From positions 12,764 to 76,763 of the IMG/VR virus record IMGVR_UViG_3300017971_004103: a stretch of DNA of 64,000 nucleotides. One strand, given 5' to 3'. This document shows positions 1 through 8,980 of this stretch, piece after piece. The position numbers were made by a program, and so were the translations under genes. Numbering within the stretch: position 1 is the stretch's first letter; each line of letters begins with the position of its first letter. The notes beneath the pieces were generated by a model. The model worked only from the letters and a program-made list of their open reading frames with translations. It did not search any database and was not told the origin of the DNA. Source of the stretch: a virus.

Positions 1-186
1 AGGGATAGAGATGGATTTCCTGCTTCATGCAAAAAATGGAAAGCACTTGGCTCTCCCCCGGGCCGATGGCAGACATGGAAATATTCAAAGCAGTTCTTAA
101 AAAAAGTAACAGGTGATTATTCAAAAGAAACTCTAGCCTACGTAGCGGCAATAGAAAAGTTTTATCGTAAGTATCGGGCAATATAA
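1..186 (+). CDS. C-terminal end of a lytic transglycosylase (SLT/MltF-like endolysin), 5'-truncated
   Basis: Own translation of frame 1: ...WKYSKQFLKKVTGDYSKETLAYVAAIEKFYRKYRAI*. Contains the ETxxYV motif typical of SLT C-termini. Confidence 0.55.
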   Translation, partial: RDRDGFPASCKKWKALGSPPGRWQTWKYSKQFLKKVTGDYSKETLAYVAAIEKFYRKYRAI

Positions 187-259
187 GTTAATATGTAATT
201 TTATATTATCACTTATTTGGCAAATTAAATAATAAATACCAACAAGGACAACGATTATC

Positions 260-712
260 ATGGCTAGACCAAGAAAGAAATTTACAGAAAATGAAAAGAA
301 ATTAATAGTAGCCCTATACGGTGAGGGAAAAACGGATGCCGAAATAGCTAAGTTATTGGATATACCGAGAAAAACATTTACGGACAGGCTAAAATATAAT
401 GATTTAACCGCCACTATAAAAAAAGCAAAAAAAACACCCAATGAAATGGTTGAAGCATCTTTATTTAAGGTAGCAAATGGGTTTTTTTATGAAGAGGTGA
501 AGGCATCACAACTTAAGGACGGAACCACTAGACAGACCATAACCAGAAAGTATGTCTCTCCCAACGAAAGAGCATGTATGAACTGGCTATGTAATAGAGA
601 CCCCGATAGATGGAAACACATAATGAGCCTACAAATAGGTGGCGATACCGAGGGGGCACCGATAGATTTTAGAATAATCGATGCCACTAAAGGCAATGCC
701 CTCAAGGATTAA
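260..712 (+). CDS. terS: Terminase small subunit
   Basis: MARPRK start, N-terminal HTH (TDAEIAKLLDI), VEASLFKVANG and WLCNRDPDRW motifs; directly upstream of terL. Confidence 0.85.
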   Translation: MARPRKKFTENEKKLIVALYGEGKTDAEIAKLLDIPRKTFTDRLKYNDLTATIKKAKKTPNEMVEASLFKVANGFFYEEVKASQLKDGTTRQTITRKYVSPNERACMNWLCNRDPDRWKHIMSLQIGGDTEGAPIDFRIIDATKGNALKD

Positions 713-2021
713 AAAAGATGTTCCACTTCTACCGACACAGAAAAAATATTATCAGGCGCCGGAGAAATATACGGCATTTTTGGGTGGGTTTGGAAGTGGG
801 AAAACATGGGGATTTTGTGAAAAGGGACTGAGGTGTGCATTGGAAAACCCTGGTGCGCCAGGGATGCTTGCAGCTCCTACATTTGCTATGCTGCAGGAAC
901 CACTTCTAAGGACATTTTTTGAAATCCTAGATGAAAGACAAATTAAATATGTATATCGCGGTTCTCCCCATCCTCTAGTAAGGCTTTATAATGGAAGGCA
1001 TTTATCTAATGAAATCTTTTTCCGGTCTACAGATAACCCCAATTCTTTGAGGGGGCCAAGCTTATCGTTTTTCGGAATTGATGAAGCGGCAATGGCAGAT
1101 CTGCGTGCCTGGCAAATTGGTATTGCCCGGTTACGGCACAAAAAAGCAAAGTATTTGAAGGGCTTTTTATCAACCACACCAGAGGGAACGCTACATTGGA
1201 TTACAGATGAATTTGTAGACAAGTGTGAGGATGGTAAACGAGATGGTAAGTACAAGCTTTTTACGGCAAGTAGCAGGGAAAACATATTCCTTCCCGATGA
1301 TTATGTACATGATTTAGAAGAGTCGTATGACGACATAATGGCACGGGCGTATATTGATGGTTTAATTATCAATATGACCAGTGGCCGTGCATACCATGAG
1401 TTTGGCAATCATAACATAGCAGAATTAAAGTTTGATTCCCACCTAAATCTCGGTCTTACCTGTGATTTTAATGTTCGGCCAATGGTGTGGGAAATATTTC
1501 AATATGGACACAATTATATAGAATTTATTGATGAAATAGTCATTCCCGATAATGCGAAAACCGAGATGGCTATTAATAAGTTCTGTGACTGGTATTATGA
1601 AAAGATGAAGCCACTCGGGCTAAAGCTGCAGGTGAATGTGTTTGGGGATGCTAGTGGTGGGCATAGGTCAACTGTTGGCGAATCAGACTATCTAATAATG
1701 AGAGATGTTTTGATTGAACGTCGCGTTCCTTATATGGGACATATACCAGGGGGAAATCCGCCAATAAAAGATAGGCTAAATTCTGTTAATGGCGCATTAA
1801 AGAACCGGGACAAAGCAACAAGAATAAAAATTGATCCGAAATGTGGAAAACTCATTAAGGATTTTCAGATAGTTGTACTTGATAAAAATGGACAAATAGA
1901 TAAAAGACGACAAGAACTAACCCATGCGAGTGATGGAGCGGGTTATGCAATACACGCATTAATGCCGATAAGAAAGCCAATCATTTCTTCTCGTGGTTGG
2001 GCTTCTAGTTCGTATTGGTGA
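681..2021 (+). CDS. terL: Terminase large subunit
   Basis: Walker A GGFGSGKT, Walker B FFGIDEA, STTPEG motif, RNase-H-like C-terminus (DFNVRPM, HASDGAGY). Confidence 0.95.
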   Translation: MPLKAMPSRIKKDVPLLPTQKKYYQAPEKYTAFLGGFGSGKTWGFCEKGLRCALENPGAPGMLAAPTFAMLQEPLLRTFFEILDERQIKYVYRGSPHPLVRLYNGRHLSNEIFFRSTDNPNSLRGPSLSFFGIDEAAMADLRAWQIGIARLRHKKAKYLKGFLSTTPEGTLHWITDEFVDKCEDGKRDGKYKLFTASSRENIFLPDDYVHDLEESYDDIMARAYIDGLIINMTSGRAYHEFGNHNIAELKFDSHLNLGLTCDFNVRPMVWEIFQYGHNYIEFIDEIVIPDNAKTEMAINKFCDWYYEKMKPLGLKLQVNVFGDASGGHRSTVGESDYLIMRDVLIERRVPYMGHIPGGNPPIKDRLNSVNGALKNRDKATRIKIDPKCGKLIKDFQIVVLDKNGQIDKRRQELTHASDGAGYAIHALMPIRKPIISSRGWASSSYW

Positions 2022-2059
2022 AAACAGAACGATTGTACGAAACAATATGTAAGGAGTGA

Positions 2060-3532
2060 GTGGAATTGGATTTTGAAGATAAGAATCTTAGTAATATAGA
2101 TCGAGCTAGGATTATTGCTGACATTTATAGTTCTAGGCAATATATGGACAATATTATAATGTGCAATGATTTTTATTTAGGTGAACAAGAATCTTATCTC
2201 CCTCCCATCGGTGAGGAACCCGATGATGTATACAATAGCAGACCCAAGCTCTGGATTAATTTTACTCAACCGATTGCAGATAAAAGGGCGAGTGTTTATG
2301 AAGGACAGGCATCAAGAAAAATCGATAGTGCAGATGATTATCAAAAGATTATGGAAGAAAAGGTGTGGGAAGGAAAACACCACGTTTTTCAGGAAATTGA
2401 TTTGACGTGCGAGCTGTCCCCGTTTTGTTGTGTAAGGGTATTTTATAATAAAGAAAAAGACACAATTGAATATATTCCCTATCCCGCACAATATGTTTTC
2501 CCCTACATATCAGAAGAAACCGGAGAGATGGAATCCCTATGCCTGAGATGGGATAAGGAGATTAGAAAAAATGATGAAACGATAAAAACCGTTACATTTG
2601 AACAATGCTGGGATAAAGATGGTTGGCGCGAATATGAAGATAATGAATTAATTTCTGAACGCATCGGTGAGCATGTTTACGATACGCTACCATTTGTATT
2701 TTTCTTTAGTGATCAGCGAACCAAGTCTTATTTTATGAATCCCCCTATTTTTGATGTAGTTGAGCAAAATTTCAATATAAATTCAGTCTTGTCTGATTTG
2801 CGGTATGTCTGCCAATATCAAAGTTTTGGACAGATGGTTCTTACTGTTGATAAACTTGATGATAAAGGCAACCCCCTCAATTCGCAGGGGCAGATAGTAA
2901 ATACAAGACAAATAAAGGCCGGTATCGGCAGAATTGTCTTGGCGCCCGAAGGTGGCGATGTAAAATTTATTCACCCCGATGCTGCAATAGCAGAATTAAA
3001 AGAGGTTATAGATTTTTTAATCAACAATCTTTATACAACATCTCATGTGCCCAAGGTAACGCTTGCCCCTTCTGAGACAACCGCCTCCGGTATATCATTA
3101 ATCGTTCAATGGTATCCACTGATTGGACTTCTAAATAAAAAGAGATCGAGTTTCAAGGTAAGTGAGGAGGAGCTCACAAGAATGTCTCTTTTAGTTTATG
3201 AGCGAAATCATGGGCGAACAGATAAATTAAAAGATTATTCCTTTACTATTAATTTTGATGAAGGTTCAGTACCCAAGTCATCCGAGGAACAAATAGCTAC
3301 CGATAAGTTTGAATTAGAATTAGGTGTAGTATCGGCAGTTGATATTTTAACGAGGAAAGACCCGGACTTAACGGAACAAGAGGCGGTTGCAAAGCTGAAA
3401 GAGAACGAAAAAATTAACAGGGAAATATTAAGTGTTAGATCGTCCTTATCAGAAAATGAGGAAGAGGCATTTGACAAAAGTATTGAGAAAATAAAAAACA
3501 ACCGTGACATTAAAAAGAAGAGCCGAAAGTAG
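2060..3532 (+). CDS. Portal protein (SPP1 gp6-like)
   Basis: 490 aa directly after terL; LPFVFF and ASGISL motifs; helical C-terminus. Confidence 0.85.
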   Translation: MELDFEDKNLSNIDRARIIADIYSSRQYMDNIIMCNDFYLGEQESYLPPIGEEPDDVYNSRPKLWINFTQPIADKRASVYEGQASRKIDSADDYQKIMEEKVWEGKHHVFQEIDLTCELSPFCCVRVFYNKEKDTIEYIPYPAQYVFPYISEETGEMESLCLRWDKEIRKNDETIKTVTFEQCWDKDGWREYEDNELISERIGEHVYDTLPFVFFFSDQRTKSYFMNPPIFDVVEQNFNINSVLSDLRYVCQYQSFGQMVLTVDKLDDKGNPLNSQGQIVNTRQIKAGIGRIVLAPEGGDVKFIHPDAAIAELKEVIDFLINNLYTTSHVPKVTLAPSETTASGISLIVQWYPLIGLLNKKRSSFKVSEEELTRMSLLVYERNHGRTDKLKDYSFTINFDEGSVPKSSEEQIATDKFELELGVVSAVDILTRKDPDLTEQEAVAKLKENEKINREILSVRSSLSENEEEAFDKSIEKIKNNRDIKKKSRK

Positions 3533-3543
3533 ATGGTGGCAAG

Positions 3544-3783
3544 ATGGATGTATGCAATGAACATTTAAAATTATCCGAGAGAATAACTAAGACTGAAACA
3601 AAGGTGGGTGTGCTTTGCGTGGATCAGACTACTATATTTAGCAAGATCGATACGCTCACTACGAAAGTAGATGAAGCGATTCAAGCAAGACTAACAAAGG
3701 GCATTACGGCACTTATAGCGATATTATCGAGTTCGCTTGCCGGGCTTATATCATCGATAATAACAGCAATGTATGTGAGGTAA
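3544..3783 (+). CDS. Small coiled-coil protein with C-terminal TM helix (XhlA/holin-like)
   Basis: ERITKTE coiled coil followed by hydrophobic ITALIAILSSSLAGLISSIITAM. Confidence 0.5.
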   Translation: MDVCNEHLKLSERITKTETKVGVLCVDQTTIFSKIDTLTTKVDEAIQARLTKGITALIAILSSSLAGLISSIITAMYVR

Positions 3784-3882
3784 TGTGGGTAATGCAGAGC
3801 TGCCACTAGAATGGGTACGTTGTTTTAAAGCTGGGCAGTCTCGGTTGAGTGCGCCCATTCACCCACGAAAAAAGGGGGATCA

Positions 3883-4254
3883 ATGACCAAAGGATATAGT
3901 CCCAAACAAAAAATATTCTTATGCTCCCTACTTAAACAGTTGCGGGAAGGATTGAATGATTCAGAAAATCTTCGGTGGGAGCCAAGTGATCACTATAGCT
4001 ACCTAGAGGTTTTTATTATCAAACCACAGCTTTTTCGAAAATATGGGCTAATGGCTATCCCCATTCTGTTTGATACTGATTTCAATATTATTTATTCTAC
4101 GGGTAAATCCCCCAAATGTGTGGGTATATACATAAAAGATTATTGCAAGACAAGAAAGGCATATGATTGTCATGGAATAGGGATAGAAGAATTTTTGAAG
4201 AACGTGCTACCTCAAATCATAGCTGGATGGGAAAAGCAACTATTAAGAAAGTAA
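3883..4254 (+). CDS. Hypothetical protein
   Basis: ORF with GGGGGA RBS; no recognised motif. Confidence 0.5.
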   Translation: MTKGYSPKQKIFLCSLLKQLREGLNDSENLRWEPSDHYSYLEVFIIKPQLFRKYGLMAIPILFDTDFNIIYSTGKSPKCVGIYIKDYCKTRKAYDCHGIGIEEFLKNVLPQIIAGWEKQLLRK

Positions 4255-4344
4255 TTAATTCTTATCATAGAAAAAACATTGGAAGATAAAAAAACCCTTA
4301 GACCCAATTGATAGAAAATATGCTGTCAATCCTTAAAAATTCTA

Positions 4345-4590
4345 ATGATTTGTAGCACTACATGCCTTAGAAAACTAGAAGATTGTAATCCCATATCAAA
4401 TGCCATATGTGGAGAGAATACATTTATTTGTTGTGGGGAATTGGGTAAAACATCACGCACAATAAAAGAAGACAAATATCGGCTGTGTTTTGTTTCTGAA
4501 ACAACAGATACAACATATGATCATAGTGAAATAGAATTGAAATTATTATTAGCTATTATAGCAGATGCATTAGCATTGAGTTGTGATTAG
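4345..4590 (+). CDS. Hypothetical Cys-rich protein
   Basis: Co-oriented ORF; no recognised family. Confidence 0.4.
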   Translation: MICSTTCLRKLEDCNPISNAICGENTFICCGELGKTSRTIKEDKYRLCFVSETTDTTYDHSEIELKLLLAIIADALALSCD

Positions 4591-4601
4591 GAACTTAGAT
4601 A

Positions 4602-5522
4602 ATGCCCTCAATTCTTAAGATAATGGAACAAATGGCCGGTGCCCATGATGAAGCGCTGGAAAAGATTGTTGCACCCGCAGAGAGGGACTTCCTCAAAATA
4701 TGCAGCAATGCAGAACGCAGAATAGCATCTGAACTGAGAAGGCTTACCAAGAATTTGTCAATGTCTTCCGGGGAGCTTGATATTCAGCTAGATATTGCCA
4801 GAACAGAGGCAACCCTGTCAAATGTGATGCGACTCCATAATGAGCACATAGTCAATGCTGGAGTAGACTGGGCGACTGAGTATTATCCCGAAATAGTTAA
4901 TCAATCCATTGAATTAATGAATGAGTTCAAATCTATAACCGGCATATCACTGGATACATTCACCGACATTGACAAGATGCAGATCAGAACGTCTTTGGAA
5001 AGCTGGAAGGGTTCCTTAATCCAGGCTGGTGATAGTTACAAGCAATTTGCAAGCAAAACTATTACCGAACATATTATGGCCGGTGTTGGTACCAAGGCCG
5101 ATCTTATTAATAAGTTAATGGATAGTGACGGGCTCCTGCCGACGTCGAGAATGACTCGCAAGACAAGGGCGGGTTGGCAGGCACGAAACGAATTAATAAG
5201 AATCAGCCGTGAGACCAATGCCATTAAAGATAGAGATGAGAAGTTTTTTAGGATGGCAGGGCCAGTTGACTCACGGGCAAGCAAGTTGTGTTTGCGCCAT
5301 GTTGGTAGGATTTTATCTAGGAAGGAATGGTTGAAAATTAATCCCCGTACATTTAACGAGGGGTTGCATTTTTCGTGTAGACATAAATGGTATGCAATTA
5401 GAAAAGAGTGGCTTGATGAAGATGAACAACAATCCATGAATGGGAATAAGAGAATTCTATATAGTAAAAAAGACAGGAAATTCATTCAAGATTCAGATGT
5501 GCCAAATAATTTTCTTAAATGA
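4602..5522 (+). CDS. Minor head/head morphogenesis protein (Mu gpF/SPP1 gp7-like)
   Basis: C-terminal GPVDSR...C..H.G...LHFSCRH motif; located after portal. Confidence 0.75.
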   Translation: MPSILKIMEQMAGAHDEALEKIVAPAERDFLKICSNAERRIASELRRLTKNLSMSSGELDIQLDIARTEATLSNVMRLHNEHIVNAGVDWATEYYPEIVNQSIELMNEFKSITGISLDTFTDIDKMQIRTSLESWKGSLIQAGDSYKQFASKTITEHIMAGVGTKADLINKLMDSDGLLPTSRMTRKTRAGWQARNELIRISRETNAIKDRDEKFFRMAGPVDSRASKLCLRHVGRILSRKEWLKINPRTFNEGLHFSCRHKWYAIRKEWLDEDEQQSMNGNKRILYSKKDRKFIQDSDVPNNFLK

Positions 5523-5600
5523 TTTTCCCGAAAATAATGAGTTTTTTTCAGGAACACCTACTTAACAAAACTGTTAATTAGATGTTTTTCATGGAAGGCT

Positions 5601-5750
5601 ATGGGCAGGAAAAGTAGACTGAAAAAAGAGCAAAGAGAATCACCGAAAGAAAAGGGCATCCTAGAAACATGGAAAGATGATGTCGATGCCTTAATGGTGG
5701 GAGCCGTATTTTATGTAGCACTAATTTTATTAACATCAATCTTTAGATAG
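5601..5750 (+). CDS. 49-aa membrane protein
   Basis: Own translation: MGRKSRLKKEQRESPKEKGILETWKDDVDALMVGAVFYVALILLTSIFR; one TM helix. Confidence 0.4.
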   Translation: MGRKSRLKKEQRESPKEKGILETWKDDVDALMVGAVFYVALILLTSIFR

Positions 5751-5763
5751 AAGGAGAAAAACA

Positions 5764-6123
5764 ATGAAGAAAATTAAATCGTTAATTTTGGCAGTGGTAG
5801 GGATATTTTTGATGGTGTCCCTATGTGTTGCACTTCCTGGAATAAAGCAGTGGAAGGCCATATGGAATGCGAATACAGAATCAGATTTAGCAGGGTATAA
5901 ACTTTACTATAGTTCTACAAGTGGAAGTTATACCGATGCTAACAGCATAGACTGTGGCAACGTCACTGAATATAACTTAGATACCATTCCAAATGGTTCT
6001 TACCTGGTGCTTACTGCATATGATACCAGTGAGAATGAGGGGAATTTTTCGGGTGAAGTTTTTTTCGACAAGGACACGGTTGCTCCTGCAAGTCCTGGTG
6101 GACTGGCAATCGTGGAACAGTAA
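5764..6123 (+). CDS. Secreted fibronectin type III domain protein
   Basis: AAGGAG RBS, Sec signal peptide, WNANTESDLAGYKLYY...TAYDTSENE FN3 pattern. Confidence 0.75.
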   Translation: MKKIKSLILAVVGIFLMVSLCVALPGIKQWKAIWNANTESDLAGYKLYYSSTSGSYTDANSIDCGNVTEYNLDTIPNGSYLVLTAYDTSENEGNFSGEVFFDKDTVAPASPGGLAIVEQ

Positions 6124-6149
6124 AATTTGAGTGGAAGAAAAGAAATTAA

Positions 6150-6185
6150 AAGAGCGGCATCTTAATGGGTGCCGCTCTTAATTTA
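6150..6185. terminator. Stem-loop, possible terminator or processing site
   Basis: AAGAGCGGCATC pairs with GGTGCCGCTCTT; only a weak U-tract follows. Confidence 0.5.
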
Positions 6186-6197
6186 TGGGGACAAGGT

Positions 6198-7049
6198 ATG
6201 TTGTCGGTCATAATTCCGTCACGCACAGAAAGATTTTTAGATAATACAATAAGAGATGTTTTGGAAAAAGCCACTGGGAAAATAGAAGTGATACCAGTGC
6301 TTGATGGATATGAACCACCAGAACTCATTGAAGACGAAAGAGTAAAGTATTTAAGCCTTCCAAAATCCCGCAATACCCAAAAGAGACACGGCATTAATAA
6401 GGCAGTTTCTATTTGTAAGGGTGATTATGTGATGAGTCTTGATGCTCATTGCATGATGGATAAAGGATTTGATGAAAAACTAGCTGAGGCTCACCATCCC
6501 AATTGGGTACAAATCCCTCGCCGGAATAGATTGGATGCTGAAAACTGGTGTCTTCAGGATCAATGTGATGATCGTCCCCCGATTGATTATGAATATATTA
6601 TGTTTGCTCCCCTAATTAAAGATCGCTCCATACACGGATTCAAATGGGACAAAAGAACTTTAGATAGATGGGATATTCCCATTGATGATACCGTTGAATT
6701 TCAGGGTTCGTGCTGGTTTATGACCAAAGACTGGTATCACAAAATGGGGTTTATGCAGGTCGAGGGTTATACTGGATGGGGGCAGGAGGCCGAGGAAATA
6801 AGTTTAACTACTTGGAAAAACGGCGGTGAAGTCAAGACAAACAAAACCACTTGGTACGCACATTTGCATAAGGGTAAAAAGTACGGGCGCATGTATTGGA
6901 TGAGTCGGGAAGAGTGCCGTCGCAGTTATGCTTATTCATTTCAGAAATGGCTGATAGAAGAAAAGGAATTTTTTATTAATTTAATTGAGAGATTTTCCCC
7001 CCTCCCACAATGGCCGGAAAACTGGAAAGAAAAGCTGTGGAAACTTTAA
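6198..7049 (+). CDS. GT-A glycosyltransferase with ppGalNAc-transferase-like motifs
   Basis: LSVIIP, LDAHC (DxH), WGQEAEEISLTTWKNGG...WYAHLHK. Start moved to ATG 6198 because the upstream ATG lies inside the hairpin. Confidence 0.85.
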   Translation: MLSVIIPSRTERFLDNTIRDVLEKATGKIEVIPVLDGYEPPELIEDERVKYLSLPKSRNTQKRHGINKAVSICKGDYVMSLDAHCMMDKGFDEKLAEAHHPNWVQIPRRNRLDAENWCLQDQCDDRPPIDYEYIMFAPLIKDRSIHGFKWDKRTLDRWDIPIDDTVEFQGSCWFMTKDWYHKMGFMQVEGYTGWGQEAEEISLTTWKNGGEVKTNKTTWYAHLHKGKKYGRMYWMSREECRRSYAYSFQKWLIEEKEFFINLIERFSPLPQWPENWKEKLWKL

Positions 7050-7648
7050 AATATATTGTTGACAAATATAAAATAGATCTTTCACAACCATCGCCCTTTC
7101 ATCTTCCCATTGGACGATTTAAGGATGTTCCAAGGCTATTTAAAGAGCTTGGCTTTAAGGTTGGGGCTGAGGTGGGAACTTATCAGGGTGAATATGCAAG
7201 GTATCTTTTAAGGTATTGTCCTGGGTTGAAACTTTACGGCATTGATATGTGGAAATCATATAAGGGATATAAGGATTTCGGCGCGAATGATCTAATTGAT
7301 TCCCATCAAATAGCAAAAGAAAGGGTTAAGGGGTATGACTGCGAACTAATCCAGGGATGGAGCAATGAAGTTGTCAAACGAGTTTTAGATGAGAGCTTAG
7401 ACTTTGTTTTTATAGACGGCAATCACGCATATGAATATGTAGTTGAAGATATTGCTAATTGGTCAAAAAAGGTTAGAAGTGGCGGGATTGTCTACGGTCA
7501 TGACTTTGATGATTATACAAATAGAAGAAGATGGAAGCAGATGCACGTTATCCAGGCAGTTGAAGGGTGGGTGAAGTCGTACAAAATCCATCCGTGGTTT
7601 GTGCTGACCAATAACAAAAATAAAACATGGATGTATGTCAAGCCATAG
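7010..7648 (+). CDS. Class I SAM methyltransferase (Methyltransf_24-like)
   Basis: GAEVGTYQG, LDFVFIDGNH.YE.V..DI..W..KV..GG...GHD. True start may be GTG 7037. Confidence 0.85.
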   Translation: MAGKLERKAVETLKYIVDKYKIDLSQPSPFHLPIGRFKDVPRLFKELGFKVGAEVGTYQGEYARYLLRYCPGLKLYGIDMWKSYKGYKDFGANDLIDSHQIAKERVKGYDCELIQGWSNEVVKRVLDESLDFVFIDGNHAYEYVVEDIANWSKKVRSGGIVYGHDFDDYTNRRRWKQMHVIQAVEGWVKSYKIHPWFVLTNNKNKTWMYVKP

Positions 7649-8291
7649 CCTTACCATACTGTACTACACGGCAAATAGAGAAGATGAAAATTTTGCGAGT
7701 AGGATTCGAGAAAACATCCTTAGTGTTTCTGGTGGTTTACCAATTGTAAGTGTCTCACAAAAACCCCTGTGTTTTGGTAAAAATATTTGTGTGGGGATGC
7801 ATGATAATTGTTATCACAATGCTGCCCGCCAGGTGCAAATCGGACTAAGGGCTATAGATACTCCCTATGTAATTGCGGCAAATTCAGACACTCTTTATCC
7901 ACCGGAATATTTTCAATTCAAAATATCTGGAAGGGGGTGGGTTTATAGATACAACAATGTCTGGGTTCACTATACTCAATTTAAGGGACAGCCGAAATTT
8001 TGGTTTAAGGGCGTTAGTCATTGTGCTCAAGTAGTAGATAGAGAATTATGGCTGAAGCGAATTGATAGGGTTATGGATAAACTCCCTAAATGGAGAATTG
8101 ATAAAATCGATAGAATTTCCAGCATACACTTTAAACACTATGAACATATGGCCGCAGACAATCCAGTAATAACATTTAAAACAAGAACTGGGGTCAAATC
8201 TACAACTGCCGTGAAAAGAGGTCACTTACCGAAATATAGTTTGCCCTATTGGGGATCGGCAAAAGCATTGAGAGAAAAAATGTTTCAATGA
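7635..8291 (+). CDS. Divergent GT-A-like protein, paralogue of the C-terminal domain of 8967..10565
   Basis: Shares YYT.NR, LPI.SV, FG.NI.V, Q...GL and D.LY.P..F.F with that domain. Confidence 0.55.
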   Translation: MSSHSLTILYYTANREDENFASRIRENILSVSGGLPIVSVSQKPLCFGKNICVGMHDNCYHNAARQVQIGLRAIDTPYVIAANSDTLYPPEYFQFKISGRGWVYRYNNVWVHYTQFKGQPKFWFKGVSHCAQVVDRELWLKRIDRVMDKLPKWRIDKIDRISSIHFKHYEHMAADNPVITFKTRTGVKSTTAVKRGHLPKYSLPYWGSAKALREKMFQ

Positions 8292-8980
8292 AATTATCAA
8301 TCATAATCTCCGTATATCAAAGCCATGAAATTGTCCGAAGGCAGCTATTACATTTTAAAAAGATAAAATTACCATTTGAATTAATCATCGTTGATGATGG
8401 AAGCAGCCCCCCAATTGAGGGGGCTTTTTGTTGCACAAATAATAAGCTGGCATGGACACAGGGATTGGGCAGGAACCTCGGGGCATCTAAGGCAAGCGGT
8501 GAATATCTTTTTATGACAGATATTGACCACATCATATCGAGAGAAGCTATAGAAGATGCCCTCAATTTTACCGGCAACAAGATGATTTTCAGAAGGCAGA
8601 TTAGGGTTTTAGATGAAGATGGGAATATTAGGCAAGACAAAGAAACCCTAAAAGACTGGGGTTATGAAAAAGATAATTTAGATGCGAGCGTTCACGGCAA
8701 TACTTTTGTAATCAAAAAAGAAGTTTTTGAAAAGCTCGGTGGTTATGCAAGAAGCACTTGTACAATTGGTTATCACCCAGCCCGTCGCAAGGGAGATGAT
8801 TGTTACTTTAACTCTAAGTGGAATCGTACTTATCGAGGAATTAAGCCAGTAGTTGGTTCTGATATCTATATGTTTCCCATAGGTAGATTTCATAAGAATG
8901 GTGATTTAAACCCCAAAGGACTCTTTCACAATTTAAGTCAAACTAAGCAGGAGAAATTTTATAAGAATGCCACAGCTTAG
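8288..8980 (+). CDS. GT2 family glycosyltransferase
   Basis: KLSIIISVY, ELIIVDDGS, RNLGA, TDID (DxD), FEKLGGY; ATGA overlap with the previous gene. Confidence 0.85.
   Translation: MKLSIIISVYQSHEIVRRQLLHFKKIKLPFELIIVDDGSSPPIEGAFCCTNNKLAWTQGLGRNLGASKASGEYLFMTDIDHIISREAIEDALNFTGNKMIFRRQIRVLDEDGNIRQDKETLKDWGYEKDNLDASVHGNTFVIKKEVFEKLGGYARSTCTIGYHPARRKGDDCYFNSKWNRTYRGIKPVVGSDIYMFPIGRFHKNGDLNPKGLFHNLSQTKQEKFYKNATA

Noticed and set aside
5601-5750. Resemblance to the N-terminal anchor of signal peptidase I
   Set aside because: Too short, with no catalytic Ser/Lys domain; similarity may reflect only a generic TM helix.
6165-6197. N-terminal extension of the first glycosyltransferase in the ORF track
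   Set aside because: This ATG lies inside a strong hairpin; the paralogue alignment (LSVIIPSR) supports ATG 6198.
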